From: an uncultured Desulfobacterales bacterium
Lineage (GTDB): Bacteria > Desulfobacterota > DSM-4660 > Desulfatiglandales > HGW-15
NCBI GenBank assembly: GCA_964413125.1
Contig: CAYPSZ010000275.1
Location: 10,397-74,396 of the forward strand
Direction of reading: 5' to 3'
Length of the DNA: 64,000 nucleotides
In this document: positions 16,961-26,297 of the stretch, piece by piece
Layout: the number at the start of each line of letters is the position of its first letter
Position numbering within the stretch: the first letter of the stretch is position 1
Program-made: the position numbers and the translations under genes
Notes under the pieces: generated by a model
What the model was told of the DNA's origin: nothing
The model's database searches: none
The model's input: only the letters and a program-made list of their open reading frames with translations

Positions 16961-17028
16961 CTCATTCTCCTCGCTGCGGAAAATATTTCAACACATGATG
17001 GTCGGCCTCGTTTTCGCCGCTCCTCACC

Positions 17029-18879
17029 CTAATCCTTGACCGGAAGGATGGCGTTCTCCGGGCAGACCTGGGCGCACACCGCGCACCCGATACAGAGATT
17101 CCGATTAATCACAACCTTCTCTTCCTCAATGAACATGGCCGGGCAGGCAAGATAATTAATGCAATCCCGATGATCCTTACACTTGTCATAGTTGATGCGG
17201 AAAGGTTTGGTCTTGCGCATCTGACCTGTGGCCTTTGCGAAGAGCGGACAGAATTCATCGGAGATGACAACGGAAACACCGTCGTAGTCCATTGATGCCT
17301 GAAAAGCCTCTATGGTCTTGTTCAGCTTGAAGGGTTTTACCACATGTACATCTTTCACCCCGCAACCTCTGACCACGTCTTCGATGGAGATACGGGTACG
17401 ATCAAGACCCATCAAGGCCGCATTAACTCCGGGATGAGGCTGGTGACCGGTCATGGCCGTTGTGCCGTTGTCCAGGATCACAAGAGTGAACTTGTGATTG
17501 TTGTGTACTGCGTCAACCAGGCCGGTTATACCCGAATGGAAGAAAGTGGAGTCCCCGATGAAAGAGACGACTTTCCTGTCGGTGGCCTCGGCAAATCCGC
17601 ACGATGAGCTGACAGATGAACCCATGCAGATGAGATAGTCGGCCATTGAGATGGGGGGCAGAAGACCCAGGGTGTAGCACCCTATGTCCGTGGGATAAAT
17701 CGCTTCCGGACCATACACCTTTTTTACAGCATAGTAGGTGGCACGGTGGGGACAGCCTGCGCAAAGGTTGGGCGGCCGCCCCGGAAGCTGGGGCAGGTCT
17801 GAGAGATCCACCATGGCCCTGCCCTTGTACTCTGCATCAAAATAAGCCGCAATGGCCGACCTGACCATCCCCGGATCGTATTCAAACAGACGGGAGAGCC
17901 CCCCCACACCCTTTCCCTTGATGGGAATCGTGATGCCGTTTTCCTGGGCAACGGCCTTGACGTCGGTTTCCATGACCGGTTCCAGCTCTTCCACCACCAG
18001 GACCAGGTCCACCTCCTTGAGGAACTCGGTAATCTTGGCCTTGGGAAGGGGCCAGGACATCCCCACCTGCATGAACCGGACCTTGTCTCCTATTCCCAGA
18101 TCGTGAATGGCGTCCTTCACATAGTTGACGCTCACGCCATTTGCAATGATGCCCCACCTGCCCTTTCCGGTGACCCTGTTCTCGGGCCAGGCCTCGCTCT
18201 TGGCCGCAGCCTTATCGTACTTTTCAAGGAGTTCCTTGTGCAGTGTCCGGGATACCGCCGGTACCGTTACATAGTGGAACGGGTTTTTCTGAAACTCTCC
18301 CTTGGTGCGGATGGGCTTGAGTTCACCGAGCTTGACAGGTCCCCGCACATGGTTCAACCTCGTGGTGGTACGAAGAATCACCGGCAGCTCGAGTTCTTCG
18401 GAGAGATCGAAGGCCGCAATGGTCATATCCTTCATCTCCTGGGTGTTGGTGGGCTCGAGCATGGGCAGGCCGGAAAGCCTTGCGTAAAAACGGTTGTCCT
18501 GTTCGTTCTGGCTTGAAAACAGGGAGGGATCGTCCGCGTTTACGATTACCATCCCGCCCTTCACGCCCACATAGGCCAGGGTCATGAGAGGATCCGCAGC
18601 TACGTTCAGGCCCACATGCTTCATGGTAACCATTGTGCGAAGACCACAGGCCGCAGCACCTGCGCCCACCTCGAGCGCGACCTTCTCGTTTGTGGAGTAC
18701 TCGAAGTACAGATCTGTTTCCCGGCTTATATTGAGAAATTGTAGAGGAATTTCGGAAGAAGGCGTCCCCGGATAGCATGTGGCAAAGGAGAGGCCAGCTT
18801 CCAGGGCACCGCGAGCAACAGCCTCGTTGCCCAACAACAGCATTTCTTTCCCTGGAGAGTCGGTCAATAGCTTGTGCAT
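17029..18879 (-). CDS. iorA: Indolepyruvate:ferredoxin oxidoreductase, alpha subunit
   Basis: 616 aa. LLLGNEAVARGALEAG, a TPP-binding region (GDSTFFHSG...LDNGTTAMTGHQ), and a C-terminal 2x[4Fe-4S] ferredoxin motif (CIGCAVCAQVCP). Confidence 0.92.
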   Translation of the reverse strand: MHKLLTDSPGKEMLLLGNEAVARGALEAGLSFATCYPGTPSSEIPLQFLNISRETDLYFEYSTNEKVALEVGAGAAACGLRTMVTMKHVGLNVAADPLMTLAYVGVKGGMVIVNADDPSLFSSQNEQDNRFYARLSGLPMLEPTNTQEMKDMTIAAFDLSEELELPVILRTTTRLNHVRGPVKLGELKPIRTKGEFQKNPFHYVTVPAVSRTLHKELLEKYDKAAAKSEAWPENRVTGKGRWGIIANGVSVNYVKDAIHDLGIGDKVRFMQVGMSWPLPKAKITEFLKEVDLVLVVEELEPVMETDVKAVAQENGITIPIKGKGVGGLSRLFEYDPGMVRSAIAAYFDAEYKGRAMVDLSDLPQLPGRPPNLCAGCPHRATYYAVKKVYGPEAIYPTDIGCYTLGLLPPISMADYLICMGSSVSSSCGFAEATDRKVVSFIGDSTFFHSGITGLVDAVHNNHKFTLVILDNGTTAMTGHQPHPGVNAALMGLDRTRISIEDVVRGCGVKDVHVVKPFKLNKTIEAFQASMDYDGVSVVISDEFCPLFAKATGQMRKTKPFRINYDKCKDHRDCINYLACPAMFIEEEKVVINRNLCIGCAVCAQVCPENAILPVKD

Positions 18880-18957
18880 TTTTGTCCCCCTGCTTGTTCT
18901 TGAATTTTCCGCCTGTCCGGCAAGGCACCAACATGCCGGTCAAACGGGTTTCCACTC

Positions 18958-20529
18958 CTACAGCTTGAAGCTCTCAGCCATGCCCGCATACTTCTTGCGA
19001 AGCTTAGGTTTTTCAATCTTTCCTGTTGGATTTCGGGGTATATCGTCAAAAAAAATCTTTCGGGGGCGCTTATACCTGGGCAGCCCTTCACAGGACTCAA
19101 GCACCTCCTCCTCTGTCATGTCCCTCCCCGGCTTGACCTTTATTATGGCCGCCGCGATCTCCCCCAAACGCTCATCAGGAATGCCTATGACCGCGGCATC
19201 CTGAATCTTGTCGCTGTTCATGAGGAAGTCCTCTATCTCCACAGGAAAGATGTTTTCCCCACCCGTAATGATCACGTCCTTTTTTCGGTCCACCAGCCAG
19301 ATGAAACCGTCTTCATCCAAGCGCGCCATATCACCGGTCAGGAGCCATCCCTCAAACAGGGTGGCTTTGGTGGCTTCAGGATTCTTGTAGTATTCCTTCA
19401 TCACGCCCGGTCCCTTAACCATGAGTTCTCCGGGCTTTCCCCCTAGCACTTCATTGAGTTCGGGATCCACTATTCTGCACTCCCAGTCGAATCCGGGCAC
19501 GCCGATGGCTCCCACCTTGTGCAGGTTTTCCATACCCAGGTGGACGCAGCCCGGTCCCGTGGTCTCACTGAGTCCGTAGTTGGTGTCGTAATTGTGATGG
19601 GGAAAAACTTTTTTCCAATTCTTCACCAGGCTGGGAGGCACGGGCTGCGCGCCGATATGCATAAGATGCCACTGCTCCAGGTTGTAGTCGGAAAGCCTGA
19701 TATCACCGTTCTCTATGGCAATGAGAATGTCCTGGGCCCAGGGGACCAGCAACCATACGATGGTGCCTTTTTCCTCTGACACGGCCTCCAGGATCCACTC
19801 GGGCTTTGTTCCCTTGAGGATAACCGCCCGGGCGCCTACTATGAAGTTTCCGAACCAGTGCATCTTTGCCCCAGTATGGTAGAGAGGAGGGATGCAGATG
19901 AAGTTGTCTTTGTGGGTCTGATTGTGGTGACGGTTTTCAATTATGCAGGCGAACTCAAGGTTTCGGTGGGTAAGAAGGATTGGTTTGGGTTGGCCTGTTG
20001 TGCCGCTGGTGAAGTAAAGAGCCGCTTCGTCCGTAATGGATAGAGGCAACTGTGGGGCCTCTATAGTGCCGTCTTTCAGGAACTCTTCATAGGAAACCGC
20101 ATAGTCCGGTCTTTGCTCTTCCGGGCCGACGAAAACAAAGTGCTCGACTCCGGGGATATCCGCTCGGATGGCGTCGACCCGGTCAATGAACTCCTCCCCG
20201 AAGATCAGGGCCTTGCCCTCGGCGATATCAATGCAGTAACGAATGTCGTCCGCAAGGAAACGGAAGTTCAGGGGAACGGCCCAGGCACCGGCTCGGAGAA
20301 TCCCGAAATATGCAGGAAGCCACTCGAGGCAGTTCATCATGAGGTGTACCACTTTGTCGCCCCTGCCGACACCCCGAGCCGTCAATGCCCCTGCAAAACG
20401 ATCGGCCTGGTCGTCAAACTCTTTCCATGTGATCTCACGTCGCAGGTTCTTAGCAGGCTCCCGTTCTATGAGAGCCGTCTCATCCCTGTACATCCTGGCG
20501 TTTCTTGCCAGTATCTCCGTGATAATCAT
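18958..20529 (-). CDS. AMP-dependent acyl-CoA synthetase/ligase (FadD-like, medium/long chain)
   Basis: AMP-binding motifs YFTSGTTGQPKP, YGLSET, TGDMARLDEDGFIWLVDRKKD and a terminal PRNPTGKI. SD GGAGG upstream. Confidence 0.9.
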   Translation of the reverse strand: MIITEILARNARMYRDETALIEREPAKNLRREITWKEFDDQADRFAGALTARGVGRGDKVVHLMMNCLEWLPAYFGILRAGAWAVPLNFRFLADDIRYCIDIAEGKALIFGEEFIDRVDAIRADIPGVEHFVFVGPEEQRPDYAVSYEEFLKDGTIEAPQLPLSITDEAALYFTSGTTGQPKPILLTHRNLEFACIIENRHHNQTHKDNFICIPPLYHTGAKMHWFGNFIVGARAVILKGTKPEWILEAVSEEKGTIVWLLVPWAQDILIAIENGDIRLSDYNLEQWHLMHIGAQPVPPSLVKNWKKVFPHHNYDTNYGLSETTGPGCVHLGMENLHKVGAIGVPGFDWECRIVDPELNEVLGGKPGELMVKGPGVMKEYYKNPEATKATLFEGWLLTGDMARLDEDGFIWLVDRKKDVIITGGENIFPVEIEDFLMNSDKIQDAAVIGIPDERLGEIAAAIIKVKPGRDMTEEEVLESCEGLPRYKRPRKIFFDDIPRNPTGKIEKPKLRKKYAGMAESFKL

Positions 20530-20627
20530 ATTCTTCCTCCTGAAGCTACATTTTAGCTACAAAGTAACTTGTAATCGAAGCTTTAGACACTGTCAAGGGA
20601 AGAACGCCCTATTGCTTGAGGAGCATG

Positions 20628-21308
20628 CTAGTCGAGAAGCCCTTCGGTAAGAGGTAGAAAGTGGGATCCCGGAAAAGCCTCGGCCAGTTTGTTGTGGGCC
20701 TCGCGGGCCTTTTCCGCCTGCCCGTTCAACCGGTGCAGGCGAACCAGCCGGACCAGGGCCTGCTCCCTGAGGAACGCCTCCGGATCTCGGGATATGGGAG
20801 TAAGCTCTTCGATGGCGGCATCATACTCCTGCTTAGCCTCAAAGCATGCGGCCAGGCCGAGACTTGCCATACCAACATATGACTTATTCCGCCGGCTTTG
20901 CTCCTTGAACTTGCGATAGAGCTTTATGGCCTCATCCAATCTCCCTTCCCGGAATTCAAGGCTTGCGAGCTGAGGCAGCGCCAGACCGCTGACCCGGGCA
21001 AACCTGTGTTCCGAGCTGACTCTCCTGAAGAGATCCGCCGGAACAGCAGGGTCTTCGGGCTTTTCACCCAGGACCTCGGAGGTTCGAAGGGTGTAATAGG
21101 CCTGGTTATATAACTCCTGGCCCCGCTTGTCCTCGTAGTCCATATACCAAGATACCCCGAGGTAGCCCAAAATCAGTACGGCTATGGTCACACCCGCATA
21201 AATAAAGGGTTGAGTGTGTTCCTGAACATAACGAACGGCCCGTTCGCTGAATGTCATAAACTCATCAGGGCCTTTGAGGAGCTCTTTCCTGGTAAGCTTT
21301 TTAGCCAT
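20628..21308 (-). CDS. Membrane-anchored TPR protein (YfgM-like)
   Basis: Basic N-terminus, one TM helix (FIYAGVTIAVLILGYLGVSWY), then TPR-like helical repeats. Confidence 0.65.
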   Translation of the reverse strand: MAKKLTRKELLKGPDEFMTFSERAVRYVQEHTQPFIYAGVTIAVLILGYLGVSWYMDYEDKRGQELYNQAYYTLRTSEVLGEKPEDPAVPADLFRRVSSEHRFARVSGLALPQLASLEFREGRLDEAIKLYRKFKEQSRRNKSYVGMASLGLAACFEAKQEYDAAIEELTPISRDPEAFLREQALVRLVRLHRLNGQAEKAREAHNKLAEAFPGSHFLPLTEGLLD

Positions 21309-21435
21309 GTCTTATTTCCTTCATCGAATATTTCTGATTAGCAAATGGTCCCGCTTGAGTCAAGGCAAATAAGGCTTGTATTTTTCAAGGCTCCACAATA
21401 AAAGGAATAATTGTTCCGGGGACGCATGATGCACC

Positions 21436-22077
21436 ATGAACCTCACTCCTCACGCACTTTTAAAACACATGGAGGCGCTGCCCGACTGGGCGATCTACCT
21501 GGTGCTCGGAGTAAGCGCATTTGTGGAAAACCTGATTCCTCCAATCCCGGGAGACACCATCACCGCCGTAGGCGCCTTTCTGGCAGGCACCGGCAGGCTT
21601 GGATTCGGGGGCGTATTCATCTCAACAACTTTGGGTAGCCTAGCCGGTTTCATCGCTCTTTTCAGCATCGGGACGGCCTTGGGGCGCCGGTATTTTCTGG
21701 AAAAGGACTACAGGTTATTTCGCGCCGGAAAAATTATCCGTGCAGAAGCATGGTTCATCAAGTACGGCTACTTCTTGGTCGCGATCAACAGATTCATCCC
21801 CGGGATCAGGAGTGCCGTTTCCCTGGCGGCGGGACTGAGCGGTCTTAGACCGCATCTTGTCGCCATGCTCGCCCTCGTGAGCTGCGCGGCCTGGAACGGA
21901 ATATGGATTTCCCTGGGATTCTTTCTGGGGACCCGGTGGGAGGTAGTGGAAGCCAGGCTGTCCGCAGCCATGACCCGCTACAACTTGGCTATGGCGATCG
22001 TGGGAGGGCTTTTGATCCTGGGCTTCATCCTGGTGAGGTTCTTTCGGAAGAGGTTATTCGCGCTCTGGTCAAAATAG
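21436..22077 (+). CDS. DedA/SNARE-associated family membrane protein
   Basis: FVENLIPPIPGDTI and FIPGIRS motifs with 4-5 TM helices. Confidence 0.85.
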   Translation: MNLTPHALLKHMEALPDWAIYLVLGVSAFVENLIPPIPGDTITAVGAFLAGTGRLGFGGVFISTTLGSLAGFIALFSIGTALGRRYFLEKDYRLFRAGKIIRAEAWFIKYGYFLVAINRFIPGIRSAVSLAAGLSGLRPHLVAMLALVSCAAWNGIWISLGFFLGTRWEVVEARLSAAMTRYNLAMAIVGGLLILGFILVRFFRKRLFALWSK

Positions 22078-22109
22078 ATGCCTTACAATCGCAAATTCAG
22101 TGCAATGAA

Positions 22110-23411
22110 TCACTGCACGCCAAAGAATCCTTTATCGAACTCCTCTTTTCCGTGGTAGCGCCCCGCAACTCCCTGCAAAAACGACTCGAGGGCCTTCTCG
22201 TCGGGGTGGATGCCGCAAGATCTCATGGCATGCATCACCGCATCTAGTCCCGGCGGGCATCCTGCGGCCGGCACGGCCTCTTTAACAGCCGGCGAGCGAC
22301 GGTTGGCCTTGATCATGCAATTGCCTACGAGCAGGGTCTTGTTTGCGAGGCCGGAAGGCTCGGCCGCCTTGCCCGTCAAAATCTCAATCTCGTTGAAGGC
22401 CTGTCCTTTATGGGCGGTCATTACCGCCACCAGCATCGGACCGTAGAGGCCCGAGCACCCCGTGCAAAGGGTGGAGTCATATTTTGGGAAACGGACCCCT
22501 TGAATGCCCTGACGATCCCATGCCCTGGGACCCGTATCATCCCTGCGCCATGTGTTGTCCCACTTCAAAGGACGCCTGAGCGTTTTAACGGCTTCGCCTT
22601 CAGGAGGCAAAGTCTCGGTTTCGGGAGAACGACCTTGTCTCTCTGCACAGAGGCGGATGTGGGGAACCTCCATGGGATCAAACCCGGCCACAGCGGCCCC
22701 TGTGAAATCAGCGGAGAGAGGATCGGAAGAAGCAACCAGTGCATCCATTCGAACAGCGATCCCCGTATAGAAGGGCCCCTTTTCCAGGCCGTATATTCCG
22801 TCAATCACAGTTAGGTCCGGGGTAAGTTTCTCCACCAAACGGGCCAGATAGCTGTCCAGCCCGCCGTCGGAACTATGACACTTCTTTCGGGACCGCATGG
22901 AAATACAACCTTTGAGGTTCTTCAGCCCGAGGGAAAGCATGGCCTGATTATGGGTCTTCATTACCGGCATATTTATAAAGAAGTCCGCTGAAAGGGCCGG
23001 CTCAGAGATATCGAGGCTGTATTCTCCGAAATCCTCCTTCACAAAAGGTTCCTTGTGTATGTCCATGAGCCTGACGCCGTACCGCTTAGCGAGTTCACCA
23101 TATCCCAGAGCCTCAAACACCCTCCCGGTGGGTACGCCGAAGTTCTTGCCATAGACGGAACCCTCACCGATGGTTATGGATCCGACCCCGTGTTCCTTCA
23201 ACAGAACTACCATGTCATGGACCAGGCGAGTGGTGGTTACCACTCCGAAGAGCGGCATGGGAAAACTCTCGTCCAGGGCCACCAGGTTGGGTTTGATAAA
23301 AACCCTCAGCCCGGAGTCGAGATCGTTAAGGCCCTCACAAAGACTCAAGAGTCGTCCCAGGGAATGGGGAGAAGCCTCATAACGCAGGATGGACGCTTTA
23401 TTCCCAGCCAA
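22110..23411 (-). CDS. DUF362 domain protein with Cys-rich C-terminal extension
   Basis: LRVFIKPNLV..., VVTTTRLVHDMV and MKTHNQAMLSLGLKNLKG are typical of DUF362. TTG start. The C-terminal ~130 aa contain CTGCSG, GNCM and AAGCPP. Confidence 0.75.
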   Translation of the reverse strand: MAGNKASILRYEASPHSLGRLLSLCEGLNDLDSGLRVFIKPNLVALDESFPMPLFGVVTTTRLVHDMVVLLKEHGVGSITIGEGSVYGKNFGVPTGRVFEALGYGELAKRYGVRLMDIHKEPFVKEDFGEYSLDISEPALSADFFINMPVMKTHNQAMLSLGLKNLKGCISMRSRKKCHSSDGGLDSYLARLVEKLTPDLTVIDGIYGLEKGPFYTGIAVRMDALVASSDPLSADFTGAAVAGFDPMEVPHIRLCAERQGRSPETETLPPEGEAVKTLRRPLKWDNTWRRDDTGPRAWDRQGIQGVRFPKYDSTLCTGCSGLYGPMLVAVMTAHKGQAFNEIEILTGKAAEPSGLANKTLLVGNCMIKANRRSPAVKEAVPAAGCPPGLDAVMHAMRSCGIHPDEKALESFLQGVAGRYHGKEEFDKGFFGVQ

Positions 23412-23547
23412 TGTTCAATGCCTTTCTCAGTAGCCCTGAAAAGTCCCCATGGTGCCCAGGAGACGGGGGAACCCGCCGGCCTGAGTCCTGGTCATCACCC
23501 TTATCTTTCGAGCGGAACGACACCATCGGAGGATTTCCTTAAGCCGA

Positions 23548-23781
23548 CTAGCCTTGGATATTCTTTATACTGGATTTGAGTATACAGCGATCCAGTTCCT
23601 TTTCCAGATCTTGAATCATTCCTCTTAATAATCTCAGTTCCTGATCTTTTGCCCTGAGCTCTGCATCACATTTGCAGGGCTTAAATTCCATCTTATCGTG
23701 TTTTTTCTTTAGTTTTTTTATCTCTTTTCGCAAGCTTTTAAGCTTTTTTTTAGTCTGCTTATCAATTGCTAAAGAACACAT
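23548..23781 (-). CDS. Small Lys-rich coiled-coil protein, hypothetical
   Basis: 77 aa, ATG after AAAGGAtgat. Heptad-like KKKLKSLRKEIKKLKKKHDK...LRLLRGMIQDLEKELD. It lies in a sharply AT-rich stretch and no homology is recognised. Confidence 0.4.
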   Translation of the reverse strand: MCSLAIDKQTKKKLKSLRKEIKKLKKKHDKMEFKPCKCDAELRAKDQELRLLRGMIQDLEKELDRCILKSSIKNIQG

Positions 23782-23866
23782 ATCATCCTTTTATTTAACG
23801 GTAGTATAACCGTAAAAGACAATAAATAAGTAGAATAGATCCTTATCGAATCATATCATTTCAAAT

Positions 23867-24277
23867 TCAAGGGTTTTTTTTGTTATCTTTTCCGGTCGCC
23901 TCTTTAAGGGCTGTTCTGGCGGCTCGGTTGAGGGAGTGCAATATGGTTAGAAAACCACGTGTGCCGGCCTCGAAAAAGGCTTCGGTAAGGCCGGCGCCCT
24001 GCCGGTCCTCGGTCTTTCCATCCTCAGACCTTTCCAGGTGCCTCACCAGGGTTTCATAAGCAGTATTCAACTGCTTCAGCCGCTCCTCAGCCCTTTTACG
24101 GAGCCGCGGGTCTCCGGCGAACCTGTCCGGGTGCCATACTCGAACCAGGTCCCTGTAAGCGCGGCGGGCCGTATCCTTGGTTGAGCACTCCTCAAGCTCA
24201 AGCAATTGAAGGCATCGTCTGATTTCCAATTCAATGCCCCCTTTTATCGCCTCGGTCTTTAACGAGTGTCCATCCAT
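23867..24277 (-). CDS. J-domain (DnaJ-like) protein
   Basis: ARRAYRDLVRVWHPDRF...RLKQLNTAYETL is a canonical J-domain with an HPD tripeptide. There is no Zn-finger or C-terminal DnaJ domain. Confidence 0.8.
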   Translation of the reverse strand: MDGHSLKTEAIKGGIELEIRRCLQLLELEECSTKDTARRAYRDLVRVWHPDRFAGDPRLRKRAEERLKQLNTAYETLVRHLERSEDGKTEDRQGAGLTEAFFEAGTRGFLTILHSLNRAARTALKEATGKDNKKNP

Positions 24278-24382
24278 GAACTAAACCGTGGACACTCGGA
24301 AGTTACCAAGGAGGCGGCCCTCGCAAAGAAAGCTTTCTTTGTTTTCAAACCAAACCTCTACGCGGCCCGGGGCCGAAACACT

Positions 24383-26080
24383 CTACCCCTCGCGGGACTT
24401 CTCAATCTTGGCCCAAGAGTCACGCAGAGCCACTGTGCGGTTAAAAACCGGCCGACCTTCCTTTGAATCCGTGGAGTCGGCACAGAAGTAACCCAACCGT
24501 TCAAACTGGTATCTATCTCCCGGGCGCGCATGCTTCAGGCCGGGCTCCACCGGACAAGGGGAAACCACCTCCAGTGAATCAGGGTTCAGGAGGTCCTTGA
24601 AATCCCTCCCTTCCGGATCATCAGACAGGTTCGCACGCATGAAGAGCCGGTCGTACAATCTAACCTCAGCCTCAACCGCATGCCGCGCGGACACCCAGTG
24701 AAGCGTACCCTTCACCTTTCTTCCGTCGGGAGCGTCCCCTCCCTTGGTCTTTGGATCATACGTACATCTAAGCTCGATCACTTCCCCGGTCTCCCGGTCC
24801 TTTACCACCTCGTGACAAGTGATGAAGTACGCATAGCGAAGTCGGACTTCACGACCTGGAGCCAAGCGGAAGAATTTTCCGGGAGGATCCTCACGAAAAT
24901 CATCACGCTCAATAAAGATCTCCCGGCAGAAAGGAACGTACCTGGTGCCCATGGAAAGGTCTTCCGGGTTGTTTACCGCCTCCACCTCTTCTTCTCCCCT
25001 TGCGGGATAGTTCTCGATGATCACCCGAAGAGGTCTCAGAACCGCCATGACCCTGGGCGCCTTCCTATTCAGATCCTCCCTTATACAGTGCTCCAGCAAA
25101 GATAGGTCAACCGTGCTGTCCTTCTTAGCCACACCAATACGCTCGCAGAAGATACGTATGGACTCCGGCGTGTAACCCCGTCTTCGAAGGCCGCACAGGG
25201 TGGGCATCCTCGGGTCGTCCCATCCGTTCACAAAGCCGCCTCGGACCAGTTCAAGGAGTTTTCTCTTGCTCATGACAGTGTAGCTGAGATTCAAGCGAGC
25301 GAATTCGATCTGTTGAGGATGAAATACGCCCAGCTGGTCCAGAAACCAATCGTACAGGGGACGGTGGTCCTCGAACTCCAGCGTGCATATGGAATGGGTA
25401 ATACCTTCCAGGGAATCGGAAAGGCCATGGGCGAAATCATACATGGGATAGATACACCAAGTGCTTCCGGTCCTGTGGTGAGCCGCATTCATGATGCGAT
25501 ATATAACAGGATCCCGCATGTTAAGATTGGGAGAGGCCATGTCTATCTTAGCCCTCAGCACATGTTCCCCTTCCCTGAACTCGCCCTGAGCCATTCGCCG
25601 GAACAGATCCAGGTTTTCCTCCACGGACCTTTCCCGGTAAGGGCTGTCCTTGCCGGCTCCGGTAAGGGTCCCACGGTACTCCCTTATCTGTTCGGGGCTG
25701 AGACTGTCCACATAGGCCTTCCCATCCCTAATCAGCCGGAGGGCGTACTCGTGGAGCTTTTCAAAGTAGTCCGAGGCAAAAAAGAGCCGGTCTCCCCAAT
25801 CAAATCCGAGCCACCTGACGTCTTCCATGATGGAATCCACGTACTCCGATTCTTCCTTTATGGGATTGGTGTCATCGAACCGGAGGTTGCAAAGACCCCC
25901 GTATTCATGGGCAAGCCCGAAATTAAGACAGATGCTCTTGGCGTGACCGATGTGGAGATATCCATTCGGTTCAGGAGGAAAGCGGGTGTGCACCCTGCCT
26001 TCGTTCTTTCCGTTTTTCAAATCCTCATCGATAATGTTCCGTATGAAATGCTGCCCTGTGTTTTTAGCTTCTCTCACCAT
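24383..26080 (-). CDS. glnS: Glutaminyl-tRNA synthetase
   Basis: NFIR-like [15 protein letters not shown] motif ([14 protein letters not shown]) and KMSKS variant (VMSKRKL). ATG at 26080 gives the same N-terminal length as E. coli GlnS; the listed ORF extends 16 codons further. Confidence 0.96.
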   Translation of the reverse strand: MVREAKNTGQHFIRNIIDEDLKNGKNEGRVHTRFPPEPNGYLHIGHAKSICLNFGLAHEYGGLCNLRFDDTNPIKEESEYVDSIMEDVRWLGFDWGDRLFFASDYFEKLHEYALRLIRDGKAYVDSLSPEQIREYRGTLTGAGKDSPYRERSVEENLDLFRRMAQGEFREGEHVLRAKIDMASPNLNMRDPVIYRIMNAAHHRTGSTWCIYPMYDFAHGLSDSLEGITHSICTLEFEDHRPLYDWFLDQLGVFHPQQIEFARLNLSYTVMSKRKLLELVRGGFVNGWDDPRMPTLCGLRRRGYTPESIRIFCERIGVAKKDSTVDLSLLEHCIREDLNRKAPRVMAVLRPLRVIIENYPARGEEEVEAVNNPEDLSMGTRYVPFCREIFIERDDFREDPPGKFFRLAPGREVRLRYAYFITCHEVVKDRETGEVIELRCTYDPKTKGGDAPDGRKVKGTLHWVSARHAVEAEVRLYDRLFMRANLSDDPEGRDFKDLLNPDSLEVVSPCPVEPGLKHARPGDRYQFERLGYFCADSTDSKEGRPVFNRTVALRDSWAKIEKSREG

Positions 26081-26297
26081 GGATTTCCGCTCTGTCTTGG
26101 GGGTCGGCCCCTGCCGGGGCAGCCGCACCCGGCCGCCGGACCGGGCAATTGGAGGCCCCTTTTTATGGTTTGCTGCACGAATACGAATAAGCGCCCGGAC
26201 TCCCCAAGGCTTCAGGTGCTGAAAACAATCCTACGGACGAAACACCACACACCCGGTCTCATGGCAGGGCGTGCGAGAACAAAGCCTCCGTGAACCC

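Noticed and set aside
24433-24439. GCCACTG (B12-box-like) and a few other short riboswitch-like strings, for example CTGAGA at 44176.
   Set aside because: They lie inside or antisense to coding sequence, or lack the rest of the respective consensus. They are isolated hexamers or heptamers and so uninformative.
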